Of a stretch of DNA of 64,000 nt, positions 9,702 through 19,789 are shown piece after piece. The notes under the pieces are model-generated. The model made no database searches and was not told the origin of the DNA. It saw nothing but the letters and a program-made list of their open reading frames with translations. Both the position numbers and the translations under genes were made by a program. This stretch comes from Candidatus Latescibacterota bacterium (lineage in GTDB: Bacteria > Krumholzibacteriota > Krumholzibacteriia > WVZY01): contig CAWBQK010000003.1 in assembly GCA_963791045.1 (NCBI GenBank), positions 32,001 to 96,000 of the forward strand, written 5' to 3'. How positions within the stretch are numbered: the stretch's first letter is position 1; the number at the start of each line of letters is the position of its first letter.

Positions 9702-11353
9702 CTACCTCTTCAATATCCCCTCGAATTCCGATCCCTTCCGCCATGTCGGATACGTGTCTTCCATGCTCAGCCGGTAGCCGATTTCAAAAAAGAGCTTCGC
9801 GTCGTTTGCAATTCCGGTGAGGTCGGCCGTCTTTGCGTCGTACTCATCGCGGGCCGGTGGTACATCGTCGACCAGTACTCCTTGATCTTGCCCGTCGTCC
9901 AGTCCCTGCCGTGTTCGGCATGATCGGTCCATCCTTTGACGAAGAGCGCCGGGACGCCTTTCTTGGCAAAACTGAAATGGTCGGTTCGGAAGTACATTCC
10001 GTTTTCGGGGAATGGATCGGGGGCCACATACCGGTTCTGCTTCTTTGCCGCCGCCTCGACATAGTCGTCGAGTTCAGATTGCCCGTAGCCGTAGACCGTC
10101 ACGTCTTTCATCGGGCCCAACGGGAGAAACAATTCGTAGTTCAGATTCGCCACCGTCTTCTCGAGAGGGAAAGCGGGATGTTCGACGTAATACGCCGACC
10201 CAAGCAGACCGTCCTCTTCGGCGGTGACCGCGACAAAGAGGATCGATCGTTTTGGCGGAGACTCGAGTTCGGAAAACATACGGGCGGTTTCGAGCATACA
10301 CGCCAGGGGAAGCGCGTTGTCCGCTGCGCCGTTATAAATAGTGTCGCCGTCGACGGCGGGCCCGATCCCCAGATGATCCCAGTGCGACGTGTACACGATG
10401 CACTCGTCGGATCTATCGGTGCCGCGCAGCAGCGCCACCACGTTCTTCGACGTGTCGAGTTTTATTTTGTTGTCTATCGACAGCGAGATCCTGGCGCCGA
10501 CGGGGACGGGTTTGAAATCCCGATGGGCCGCCGATTCCGAGAGGGATTCGAACGACAGGCCGGCGTGTTCAAAAAGCCTGGCCGCTGCATCGGTCGTGAC
10601 CCATCCTTCGAGCGCGCACAGTGACATATTGTTGTCGTCGGCCTGAAGGACGAGGGCGGGCGATGCCGCGCCGTTCTGCAGAACCGTCCACGGATACCCG
10701 GCGGCCTTCGTCTCGTGTACTACCATGATACCCTCCGCTCCCTGGCGCGCCGCCTCCTCGTACTTGTATGTCCACCGTCCGTAGTAGGTCATCGCGTTGC
10801 CGCGGAAGAACGCGTCGTCCTGAACGGCGAAACCGGGATCGTTGACCAGGACCACAACGGTTTTGCCCGTAACGTCCAGGTTCTTGTAATCGTCCCAGTC
10901 GTACTCCGGCGCCACGATTCCATATCCGGCGAACACGAGTTCGGAGTCTTTGATATGGATCTCTTCAACGATTCGCTGCGTCGAGGCGACAAAATCATCC
11001 ATAAAATCGAGATGGATCGTGCCTCCGCCCGTCGTGATCGCCATCTTTTCAGACGGGGTGGCGTCAATCTGGGCGAGCGGCACCTCCTGGAAGAAGTCGC
11101 CGGAGCTGCCGCCTTCAAAGCCCATCGCCTCGAATTCTTTTTTGAGATAGGCGACTGTTTTGATTTCACCGGGGGTGAAAGGTTTCCGTCCTTCGAATTC
11201 GTCGGACGCGAGCACGAGAACATGTCTCTCCAGCCCCGCAATGATCGCGTCCGTTTCGGAGCCGGCTTTGCCTGTTTGCGCGTTGTCGCAGGCAATGACA
11301 TGAGCGAGCGCGGCAAAGACAATGGCGACCGACAAAAATTTTTCAAGCTTCAT
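9702..11353 (-). CDS. M28 family metallopeptidase with PA domain (lipoprotein), frameshift near 9850
   Basis: LASDEFEGR, FAGYGI, YYGRWTYKYEEA, SHWDHLG, NGAADNA, TAEEDGLLGS, RTDHFSF, YHRP. The C-terminus (DEYDAK..W.KGSEF) continues in the 9702..9932 frame. Lipobox VIA-C. Confidence 0.85.
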
Positions 11354-11424
11354 TTGGCGCCCCTGTGGATTCGAGGTTGCATCCTGATGAAATATCAATG
11401 ATTTTATATGATGAGGACTCGATC

Positions 11425-12810
11425 ATGATCAACCGGTTTCTGATAATTGTCGCGGCGGCGCTGCTCCTAGCCGGGTGCGGGCGGGATGAAACGCCTGGGA
11501 CCGTTGACGTGGTCAAGCCACCGGATGAGAAGGTGTCGAAGCCCGATGTGCCTGTCGGAGAACGAGTTGTCGAATTCGGTGAACCTGTCGAGTTTACGGC
11601 AGGTGGTTCGAGGAGCACCCGCAGTCACGCGCTTCAGTACCGTTTTGATTTTGACGCCGAGGGGGAGCACTTCTACAGCCGTTGGATTTCAACAGATACA
11701 CGCGACCTTGCCGTCGTATCTCTGAACTGGGATGAGCGCGGAGCCTATGTCGTCAAGGCACAGGCGAGATGCGCAAGTCACACCGCCATTGAGTCCGAAT
11801 GGTCGGAGGGATTGGAGATCGAAGTGGGTCTCGGTCCGGACACCGATATATTCCATATCGTCAATATGTACACGATCGGCCGTACGACCTATTCGGATAC
11901 TCTCGACTTTCGAGATGCCATCCCGGACACGGTACCGTTCGGAAGCTGGATAACACTCTTTTACAAAGGCCAGGACACCACGTTTGCCGCGGCCGAGTGT
12001 CCCGACCCCCTCAACAAATGTCTTTCGTATCAGGTTCAATATTCGCGTGATTCGGACAGGGTTTTCGGAGCGGGCGCCACATCGGTCTGGTTCCCAAGTC
12101 CACCCGAAGATTCAAATCCCTACGGTACTACCGACTCGACCAGTATGAACATCGGCAGTCTCGAATATGCGATTCGGGTGCGTGCGTTTGACTGGTTCGA
12201 CCGATTCGATCCATCGCCCGCCGAAATCGAAATCGTCGGCAACTTCGATCCCACACTCGACAATTTCGCGATAAGCAACGAAGCCGGCGCTATCGTCGGT
12301 GATTCCCAAACACTGTTCTGGAATTTCTGGGAACCGGCGGACAGTGAACTCGTTGTCGATGGCCCGGAGCTCAAGATCCGTAAGACGTTTTTCTTTGTCT
12401 TGGACGCGGCCGGTCACGACCATCCGAAGGAACGGCAGGGATCGGGTGTGTTTTCGTGGTATTACCAGTTCGAGCGTGGGGACGAGGAGGGAGTGTATGA
12501 TCCGTTCGGCCGCTCGGGCAACTGGGTGGACGGGTTGGATGTGAACGCTTTGAGCGATACGATTCGATGGGTGGTCGAGTATCCGGTGTCGGACGTTAAC
12601 GGCGACGAAGTGTTCAACAATCTGCCCGGGTGGATCGACCGCTGGTATGAGTTCTCGGTGATGGGGCGCGACATCGAGAGTAATGAAATTTTCGAGCAGT
12701 ACGTGTTCTTCTACGGAGAAAAACAACTCGCCAATTCGTATCTCACCGACCTGCTCGGCCGCTGGACGGCGCCGGGCTCCCAACGCATCAAATTCTCGAT
12801 TGTTCGCTAG
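11425..12810 (+). CDS. Hypothetical acidic lipoprotein with PKD/Ig-like beta domains
   Basis: Lipobox LLAG-C; YRFDF, YVVKAQARC..SEWS and DPSPA motifs; GAGGA RBS. Confidence 0.75.
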   Translation: MINRFLIIVAAALLLAGCGRDETPGTVDVVKPPDEKVSKPDVPVGERVVEFGEPVEFTAGGSRSTRSHALQYRFDFDAEGEHFYSRWISTDTRDLAVVSLNWDERGAYVVKAQARCASHTAIESEWSEGLEIEVGLGPDTDIFHIVNMYTIGRTTYSDTLDFRDAIPDTVPFGSWITLFYKGQDTTFAAAECPDPLNKCLSYQVQYSRDSDRVFGAGATSVWFPSPPEDSNPYGTTDSTSMNIGSLEYAIRVRAFDWFDRFDPSPAEIEIVGNFDPTLDNFAISNEAGAIVGDSQTLFWNFWEPADSELVVDGPELKIRKTFFFVLDAAGHDHPKERQGSGVFSWYYQFERGDEEGVYDPFGRSGNWVDGLDVNALSDTIRWVVEYPVSDVNGDEVFNNLPGWIDRWYEFSVMGRDIESNEIFEQYVFFYGEKQLANSYLTDLLGRWTAPGSQRIKFSIVR

Positions 12811-12825
12811 CTAGTGTGATGTGAG

Positions 12826-12915
12826 GCAAGCGCGGGTGGCGGCTCACGTTCTGGGTTGTTGAAGCCTCTGAGCATGACATCCCGCACTTCGCTTCGCTCG
12901 CCGATGGGGCCCCCG
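12826..12915. repeat. ~90 bp dispersed intergenic repeat, copy 1 (REP/MITE-like)
   Basis: Matches 40696-40785 at 84 of 90 positions by manual alignment. Confidence 0.85.
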
Positions 12916-12988
12916 GAGCGGCGCAGCGCAAGCGAGCACGCGCGGGGTAATCGGCGACAGGACCCGCGCTCAAATTCTCGATTGTACG

Positions 12989-13882
12989 TTAACCGAAGCG
13001 GCCGGTGACATAGTCGCCGGTTTCGGTCAAATGTGGATTCATAAAGATATCCGATGTGGGTCCGTACTCGATCAGACGGCCCAGGTACATAAAGGCGGTG
13101 AGGTCGCTGACGCGCGCCGCCTGCTGCATGTTATGCGTGACGATCACTATCGAGTACTCGCCGCGGAGCTCCCGCATTAGTTCCTCCACCTTGCCGGTGG
13201 CGAGCGGGTCCAGGGCGGAACAGGGTTCATCCATCAGGAGCACTTCGGGTTCTCCGGCGATTGCCCTCGCGATACACAACCGCTGCTGCTGACCGCCTGA
13301 CAGACCAAGCGCGTTGTTGTCCAGCCTGTCTTTGACTTCATCCCAGAGTGCCGCGCCCTTTAGGCTCCGTTCGACCACTTCGTCGAGAACCTGCTTGTCC
13401 CGCTCCCCGTCGACGCGGAGGGAGTACACGACATTTTCATAGACGCTCATCGGGAACGGGTTCGATTTCTGAAAAACCATCCCCATGCGTTTTCGAAGTT
13501 CGATGACATCGACGCCCTTGCCGTAGATCGAGTCACTGTTGAGGAGAATGTCTCCGCCGTAACGAACGTTGTCGAGAAGATCATTCAAACGGTTAATCGA
13601 GCGTAACAGTGTGGATTTTCCGCAGCCCGACGGACCGATGATCGCCGTTATCTGGCCTTCCGGGATCTTCATGTTGATGTCGTGAAGAGCCTGGCTCGTC
13701 CCATACCAGAAGTTGAAGTCGCTGGTTTCCAGAACGGATGTTTTCTCGTTCACGGCATCGTGAGTTTCCGTCACGACTTTATCGCCGCGAGCGATTGCCG
13801 CGAGCCGGTCCGATGTTTGGGTCGTATTGGCGGTCAACTCGTCTGCCTCCTCGGCGAGGATATCAAGTTGTGATTGTGTCAT
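12989..13882 (-). CDS. pstB: Phosphate ABC transporter ATP-binding protein
   Basis: [58 protein letters not shown] end. Confidence 0.97.
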   Translation of the reverse strand: MTQSQLDILAEEADELTANTTQTSDRLAAIARGDKVVTETHDAVNEKTSVLETSDFNFWYGTSQALHDINMKIPEGQITAIIGPSGCGKSTLLRSINRLNDLLDNVRYGGDILLNSDSIYGKGVDVIELRKRMGMVFQKSNPFPMSVYENVVYSLRVDGERDKQVLDEVVERSLKGAALWDEVKDRLDNNALGLSGGQQQRLCIARAIAGEPEVLLMDEPCSALDPLATGKVEELMRELRGEYSIVIVTHNMQQAARVSDLTAFMYLGRLIEYGPTSDIFMNPHLTETGDYVTGRFG

Positions 13883-13903
13883 AAAGTCATTCCTCGAAAT
13901 TCA

Positions 13904-15655
13904 TCAAAACTGGTTTGACACGAACTTTTTTCTCAATCGGTTGCGGATCAATATGGCCGCCACGTTGAGGGCGGCAATAATCAATATGAGCAGCAAAGTA
14001 GTTGTAAATACCATGGGCTTTGCCGCTTCGCTGTTCTGACTCTGGAAACCCACGTCGTAGATGTGGAAGCCCAGATGCATGAAACTTCTTTGGGGGTGAA
14101 AGAAAGGCGCCACGCCGTCGATCGGCAGGTCGGGAGCGAGTTTGACTGCCCCGACCAGCATCAATGGCGCGACTTCACCGGCGCCCCTTGCCATGGCGAG
14201 AATGAATCCGGTCATGATGCCGGGCATTGCGCGTGGGAGAACCACCCGGCGAATCGTCTGCCACTTGCTCGCGCCGCACGCATAAGACCCTTCGCGCATC
14301 GAGCTGGGAACCGCCGCGAGCGCCTCCTCGGTTGCCACCACAACGACGGGAAGCGTGAGGAGCGCAAGTGTCGCCGATGCCCAAATGACACCGCCCTTGC
14401 CGTACGTGGGGTTCGGGAGTGTGGCGGAAAAGAAAAGCTCGTCGATCGATGCGCCGACGATGTAGCAAAAGAACCCGAGTCCGAATACGCCAAAAACGAT
14501 ACTCGGAACGCCGGCGAGATTGTTGATCGCGATGCGGACGGCGCTTACCATGGGCCCCGCTTTGGCATACTCGCGGAGGTAAAGCGCGGCAAGAACTCCG
14601 AACGGGACAACGACGGCGGACATCAGGAGTGTCATGATCACCGTGCCGACAATCGCCGGCCACACGCCGCCTTCGCTGTTGGCCTCGCGCGGGTCGTCAG
14701 CAAGGAACTCCCGCCACCGTGACGCGTACACTCCGATCTTGTCCCATAGGTTCAGCCTGTTGGCGGGAATAGCACGGACTATTTCGGATAGGGCAAGCGT
14801 CGCTTCGCGGCCGTCAATCGTCGTCATGATCATTTGGTAACGTTTGTTTTCCCTCCGAAGCTCATCGATTTCCGCGGACAGCGATTCTTTTAGTTTTTCG
14901 ATTTCTTTGACTTCGTCGTTGAACACTCTCGTGGCGGTCGCGTATTCCTGTGTCTCGACGCCTTTGTCGAGCTCAACGGCCCTCAGTTTGAGACGGGCTT
15001 TTTCGAGGCGGGCATGAACGGCTCCATAGTCGATCTTTTGGAGCTTGTGGAGCCGCTTTTGTTTTTTGATCACTTGGTCGTGGTTTTCGTTGAACTGATT
15101 CCAGACCAGTTCGGGGGAGTCTGCCGTGGTGTCACCGTCGATGACAAATCTCGTCGGGAATCCATAGAAACGTCCCCACGCCTGCCGCTCGATGAGCATG
15201 CTCCAGGGGTCTCTCTCCGTTTCGACGACGGCGAAATCGTCAATCCAGTGGAAATGTGTGTTGGTGATATCGAAGTTGCCCGTCCGGTACAACTGCCGGC
15301 GCGTTTCACCCTCTTCCACAAACGGTTTTGCGCGCACGGCGAGTTCCTGGGGGAGCTTGTCGACGGTCGACTGGTCGAGGGAGTATGTCTCCCGGCGCGT
15401 GATCTCTCCCATGTACTTCGAGCCATCCGCCAACCGGACGGTAACGATCTCTGACGGCCAGAATGTCATCGCTCCCTGGGCGAAAACAAGCGTGAGCAGG
15501 CCGACGATCATAACCACGCAAACGGCCAACGCTCCGCCGGTCAACCACACCATGGGTTCCCCGTGGGCGAGGAGCGAAGTCTTGCCCCTCGTGCGCGTCC
15601 GCGTTCGCGGCGCTCCGCCGCTCGATGTATCGTTTTGTCGTGGCTTGTCGTTCAT
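13904..15655 (-). CDS. pstA: Phosphate ABC transporter permease PstA with a large periplasmic insert
   Basis: DPREANSEGGVWPAI.GT, NNLAGVPSIVFG, EEAL..VP, GASKWQT, ARGAGEVAPL. Confidence 0.95.
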   Translation of the reverse strand: MNDKPRQNDTSSGGAPRTRTRTRGKTSLLAHGEPMVWLTGGALAVCVVMIVGLLTLVFAQGAMTFWPSEIVTVRLADGSKYMGEITRRETYSLDQSTVDKLPQELAVRAKPFVEEGETRRQLYRTGNFDITNTHFHWIDDFAVVETERDPWSMLIERQAWGRFYGFPTRFVIDGDTTADSPELVWNQFNENHDQVIKKQKRLHKLQKIDYGAVHARLEKARLKLRAVELDKGVETQEYATATRVFNDEVKEIEKLKESLSAEIDELRRENKRYQMIMTTIDGREATLALSEIVRAIPANRLNLWDKIGVYASRWREFLADDPREANSEGGVWPAIVGTVIMTLLMSAVVVPFGVLAALYLREYAKAGPMVSAVRIAINNLAGVPSIVFGVFGLGFFCYIVGASIDELFFSATLPNPTYGKGGVIWASATLALLTLPVVVVATEEALAAVPSSMREGSYACGASKWQTIRRVVLPRAMPGIMTGFILAMARGAGEVAPLMLVGAVKLAPDLPIDGVAPFFHPQRSFMHLGFHIYDVGFQSQNSEAAKPMVFTTTLLLILIIAALNVAAILIRNRLRKKFVSNQF

Positions 15656-15660
15656 ATTTC

Positions 15661-18300
15661 TTACAACTGGTGTGCGCGTTTGCGGAACCGTAGGCGCACG
15701 ATTTCAGCGACCGTATTTATCACAAATGTCATCGCAAAAAGAATCAATGCGGCCAGGAAGAGCGTACGGTAATGCGTGCTGTCTTTCACAGCTTCGGGCA
15801 TTTCGACGGCGATGTTCGCCGACAATGTCCGGAATCCATTGAATATATTTATGTCGAGAATCGGTGTGTTGCCCGCCGCCATGAGAACGATCATCGTTTC
15901 GCCGACGGCGCGGCCGAGACCGATCATCATTGCCGAGAAGAGTCCGCTCATCGCCGTCGGTACGACTATGCGGATGGCGGTCTGCCACTGGGTGGCTCCG
16001 GCGCCCAAAGACGCCGCGCGCAGATGTTCGGGGACCGAGGAAAGAGCGTCTTCGGCGATTGTGTAGATAATGGGAATTATCGCGAATCCCATCACAAAGC
16101 CGACTACGAGGGCGTTTCGCTGTACGTAGGTGTCAAAAAACTGGCCATGGCCCCGCGGGTCCAGGCCGGTCTGCTGGAAAAGCCATGCAACCAGGGCGGC
16201 GATCGAGAGGGTCGCGACGGCGCCCACGCCTGCGCGCGTTATGTCGAGAAGGCCGAGCTGCGTCCGGTCGAGTTGTTTGGATTTGTTGCGAAACCACGGT
16301 CCCATTGTTCTTGTCATGAAGAAGACGACGGTCAAGGCCGATACCGGGATCATCAACAGGAACCATCCGCCAAAACCCGAGCCTTTGTTTCCGTCGAGCC
16401 ACAGTGCGATGTCACCGAGAAAGAGAACGCGCTCGACAACAGGTCCGAACACGACGGCGAGGAGCATGCCGATGGGCAGCAGCGCAAGTAGAAGCAGCAG
16501 CCTGAACTGCGCAAAACGAAGCGTGACTCGCTGGGGCAGGAGCTGCCAAATATAGGCGCCGACAAGAATCGTCCCCGGAACCGTCACAAAACTGATGAGC
16601 GCGGTGGGGACGATTTTTTGGACGAACGGCGCGAAGACCAGCGCCGCGAGAAAGCCAAGAACAACACTCGGCAAGCTCGCCATGAATTCGATGAATGTCT
16701 TGACCCGAGTGCGAAGCGCCGGCGCCAGAAATTCACTGCTGAATATCGCCGCGAGAAGCGCTATCGGCGCCCCGAAGAGCATCGAGTAGAGCGTCGCCTT
16801 GAGCGTTCCGAACACGAGCGGCCACAAACCGAATTTTGGCTCAAAATCATCGGTGGCGCTGGATGACTGCCAGACATGCGACGGCTTTTTGTAACTCTCA
16901 TACCAGACAGGAAGAAAAAGAGCGCTGAGAGTGGCTTCGGGATGACCAACATCCATCTCCCAATGCCACAGTCCCTTCGGCGTCAGTGCGATAATTCCAT
17001 CATTCTTTGGCGCAATCCGCAGGCCGAGAACCGGTTCTCCGGGGTCGGCGACGAGGTCCAGGATTTTGGCGCCGCTTGTGACCTGGTAAACCTTGATCGC
17101 TCCTTCACTGTTGCCGACAGCTATGACGCGGCTTCGCGGCGATGAGGCGATCGCGGTTACCGGCGCGTCGCCTGTGTCGAAGTCGCGAGCGGCAACGAGC
17201 ACGGCGCCGTCCGGCGTTTTTGCGTCAAGCGGTTTATGTTTGAATGTTGCGAGGACACGACCGTTTGTGTCTCCTGCGAGAAGGGTTGCCTGGCCGATAA
17301 GGAGTTGTACCCGCGTTAGTTCGCCGGAATCTCTCTCCAGCAGGCTCGTTCTTTCCGCGAATCTCGGATTCTCAATGTCCTGCGTGTCATATCGAACGAT
17401 ATCGCCATCCGGCCAAATCAAGACGGTATTACTTCCGCCCTCCAGTAAGGTCAGGTGCGTCGGCCATTCGCTCCTGTCTTTGATCCCAAGCCCGCCTTCG
17501 TTCACGAGCGGGTCGGGAAGCGTGGCGCTGCGGACCTCCTGAAAGATTTCTCCAGTCATCAGGTTTTCGTACTGGCGTACGGCGTTGAACCGCAGGACGC
17601 CGTCGGAGGTGAGTGTCGTCACGACCGGCCCCGCGTCGTTCACGATGAGGTCGAGAAGAACGACGCTCTGAGTGCTGTCGACGAGGATGGGCGGGTTGAG
17701 ATTGATTCCGAGTTTTTGTCTGCGGAGTTGCCCTTCCGGCGTCATCTCGATAATCGCCGCCTCGTGCGACACCGCACTCCCGGCTTCGAGATTATTGAAC
17801 GATTCGGGTAGCGACCCTGGTTCTGGAAAGTCGGTTACAAATCCGATGGATCCGATCTGTACGTGGCCATCGTCGAAACCAAAGGCGACGGCGTCGCCCT
17901 CAACAGGAAAGGCCCACGACACGAGCCGCCTGCCTTCGAACAACACCCGTTCTTCGAGCGGCTCGCCCGTATCGAGCCGGGACACTTGAATCGTGCCGTC
18001 GGGATAGAGCGCCCAGCCGATTACGCGATACTCGTCGACATTGAAATGGACGGGCGAAATGCCCGCGTTGTCAATTTCGAACCGGCTCGACTCATGTGAT
18101 GATCCGGGAAGGAAAAGCGGGACCACAACGGTTACAAGAAAAAGACACATAGCCAGTACGGCAATGATCGTTCCTATGCCGCCGGCGGTGATTCCCACGG
18201 TCGCGACACGATCGGCGACCTTCACGGACATGCGCGTGTCGTGCCGTCGTGGACGCTTCCGAGACGTTGACTTTATATTGTCTTGTTTTTTTGCTGACAT
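15661..18300 (-). CDS. pstC: Phosphate ABC transporter permease PstC with a large beta-propeller-like periplasmic domain
   Basis: PLVFGTLKA, IEFMASLPSVVLGF, AEDALSSVP, GLGRAVGETMIVLMAAGN. Start codon uncertain (18300 vs 18333). Confidence 0.93.
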   Translation of the reverse strand: MSAKKQDNIKSTSRKRPRRHDTRMSVKVADRVATVGITAGGIGTIIAVLAMCLFLVTVVVPLFLPGSSHESSRFEIDNAGISPVHFNVDEYRVIGWALYPDGTIQVSRLDTGEPLEERVLFEGRRLVSWAFPVEGDAVAFGFDDGHVQIGSIGFVTDFPEPGSLPESFNNLEAGSAVSHEAAIIEMTPEGQLRRQKLGINLNPPILVDSTQSVVLLDLIVNDAGPVVTTLTSDGVLRFNAVRQYENLMTGEIFQEVRSATLPDPLVNEGGLGIKDRSEWPTHLTLLEGGSNTVLIWPDGDIVRYDTQDIENPRFAERTSLLERDSGELTRVQLLIGQATLLAGDTNGRVLATFKHKPLDAKTPDGAVLVAARDFDTGDAPVTAIASSPRSRVIAVGNSEGAIKVYQVTSGAKILDLVADPGEPVLGLRIAPKNDGIIALTPKGLWHWEMDVGHPEATLSALFLPVWYESYKKPSHVWQSSSATDDFEPKFGLWPLVFGTLKATLYSMLFGAPIALLAAIFSSEFLAPALRTRVKTFIEFMASLPSVVLGFLAALVFAPFVQKIVPTALISFVTVPGTILVGAYIWQLLPQRVTLRFAQFRLLLLLALLPIGMLLAVVFGPVVERVLFLGDIALWLDGNKGSGFGGWFLLMIPVSALTVVFFMTRTMGPWFRNKSKQLDRTQLGLLDITRAGVGAVATLSIAALVAWLFQQTGLDPRGHGQFFDTYVQRNALVVGFVMGFAIIPIIYTIAEDALSSVPEHLRAASLGAGATQWQTAIRIVVPTAMSGLFSAMMIGLGRAVGETMIVLMAAGNTPILDINIFNGFRTLSANIAVEMPEAVKDSTHYRTLFLAALILFAMTFVINTVAEIVRLRFRKRAHQL

Positions 18301-18407
18301 GATGTTGGACCGGGTGACGGCAAGGGCCGCCACCCAGTCCGGGAAAGCCTAAACGGATCACTATTATGTCGACGCGAATACCTCTCCGCGCTTGCGATCG
18401 TCTCCGA

Positions 18408-19399
18408 TCAAAGACCGATCCTGGACAGGTCTTCTCCGGCGATCCGCTCGCTGATCGGGAAGTAGCCGTCCTTGAGGACATTGCTCTGTCCCTGCGAGCT
18501 GAACACGTACTTTATGAACTCAGCCCGGAGCGGATCGAGGTCGCCGCCCGGCTTGTAGTTTACATATAGGTAAAGAAAGCGCGCCAGCGGGTACTTGCCT
18601 GCGTAGGCAAATTCGGCCGTCGCGGGAATCAACTCGGACTTGGCATCGAGCTTGAGAGGCACGGCACGGACGTCGGCCGTCTTGTAACCAATACCGCTGT
18701 AACCAACGCCGTACATGTCGCTGGCGACGCCTTGTACGACGGAAGCGCTTCCGGGCTGCTCTTTGACCGAGTCCTTGAAGTCGCCCTTGAAGAGGGCGTG
18801 CTTTTTGAAATAGCCGTAGGTGCCCGACGCCGAGTTACGTCCGTAAAGACTGATGGGCTTGTTGGCCCACTCGCCCGTGAGGCCGAGTTGTCCCCAGGTC
18901 GTGATGTCTTCGGGATTTCCGCCTTTTCTCGTGCTTTGAAAAAATTGCGTCGAGCTGTTGAAGGGTGCGAAATTCGATCGGATTATCTTTGTGAACGTAA
19001 ACGGCCAACATGTCGATCGCGGTGCTGACGGCCGTCGGTTTGTAACCGTACTTCTTTTCGAACTCGTCGATTTCTTCGCTCTTCATCGTGCGGCTCATGG
19101 GCCGAAGGTCGATGTTCCACTGATCAGCGCCGGCGGCGCGGTGGACGAACCTTTTCCTTCGACTTCGATGTTGACGTTTGGGATAAAACTTGTGGAAATC
19201 CTCGCCCCAGAGCGCCATGAGATTGTTCATGGTGTCCGAGCCGACACTCTTGATGTTCCCGATACTCCGGAAACCGGTTTGTAGGCTTGGAGCTTCGGAT
19301 CCACCTTGACGGCTTCTCCGGCGCGGACGAGCTCTCCTCCGGCGATCGTGACCGCGAAACGGCCATGGCGCATATGACCAAACACTTGAAAATTGACAT
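18408..19399 (-). CDS. pstS: Phosphate ABC transporter substrate-binding protein, multiple apparent frameshifts
   Basis: Fragments in several frames: VDPKLQAYKPVSGVSG, DTMNNLMALW, MSRTMK.EEI..FEKKYGYKPT, GYSGIGYKTADV, YPLARFLYLY. First gene of pstSCAB. Confidence 0.85.
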
Positions 19400-19428
19400 A
19401 TTTTCCCCTCATTCGCAATTTTAGGGAA

Positions 19429-19558
19429 TGTCTGGCGCGATCAAATTGAAGCGCCAGACAACGCCTGGCGCGATCAAATTGAAGCGCCAGACAACGCCTG
19501 GCGCGATCAAATTGAAGCGCTAGACAGCGTCTGGCACCATAAATGTATTGTGCCAGAC
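19429..19558. repeat. Three tandem 33-bp palindromic units plus one degenerate unit (REP-like)
   Basis: Unit CTGGCGCGATCAAATTGAAGCGCCAGACAACGC occurs three times (third copy slightly varied), then GTCTGGCACCATAAATGTATTGTGCCAGAC. Confidence 0.9.
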
Positions 19559-19576
19559 CACGATCGAAGATGTGCC

Positions 19577-19617
19577 TGTTGCGGAATGTTAGGGAAATTG
19601 TTAGGAAAGGATTAGGA
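19577..19617 (-). promoter_or_regulatory. Putative Pho boxes upstream of pstS
   Basis: Minus strand reads CCTAAT/CCTAACA/CCTAACA at 11-12 bp spacing, the same unit seen upstream of the porin gene. Confidence 0.55.
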
Positions 19618-19789
19618 TCGCATGCGAAATCGGTGAAAATCGAGATCCGGCGGGTGAGCGGAAAACATCTAATATCAATGCGTTACGCTACATATCCCAT
19701 GAAGGGTTGCCCAGAAATTCGCAGCAGGCGAGCGGATCTTGCGGGCGCCCAATGACAAAGAAACCGGTGAGCGGATCTGAGGCGGTGCT

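Noticed and set aside
19429-19558. CRISPR array
   Set aside because: The units abut with no unique spacers, and there are no cas genes in the window.
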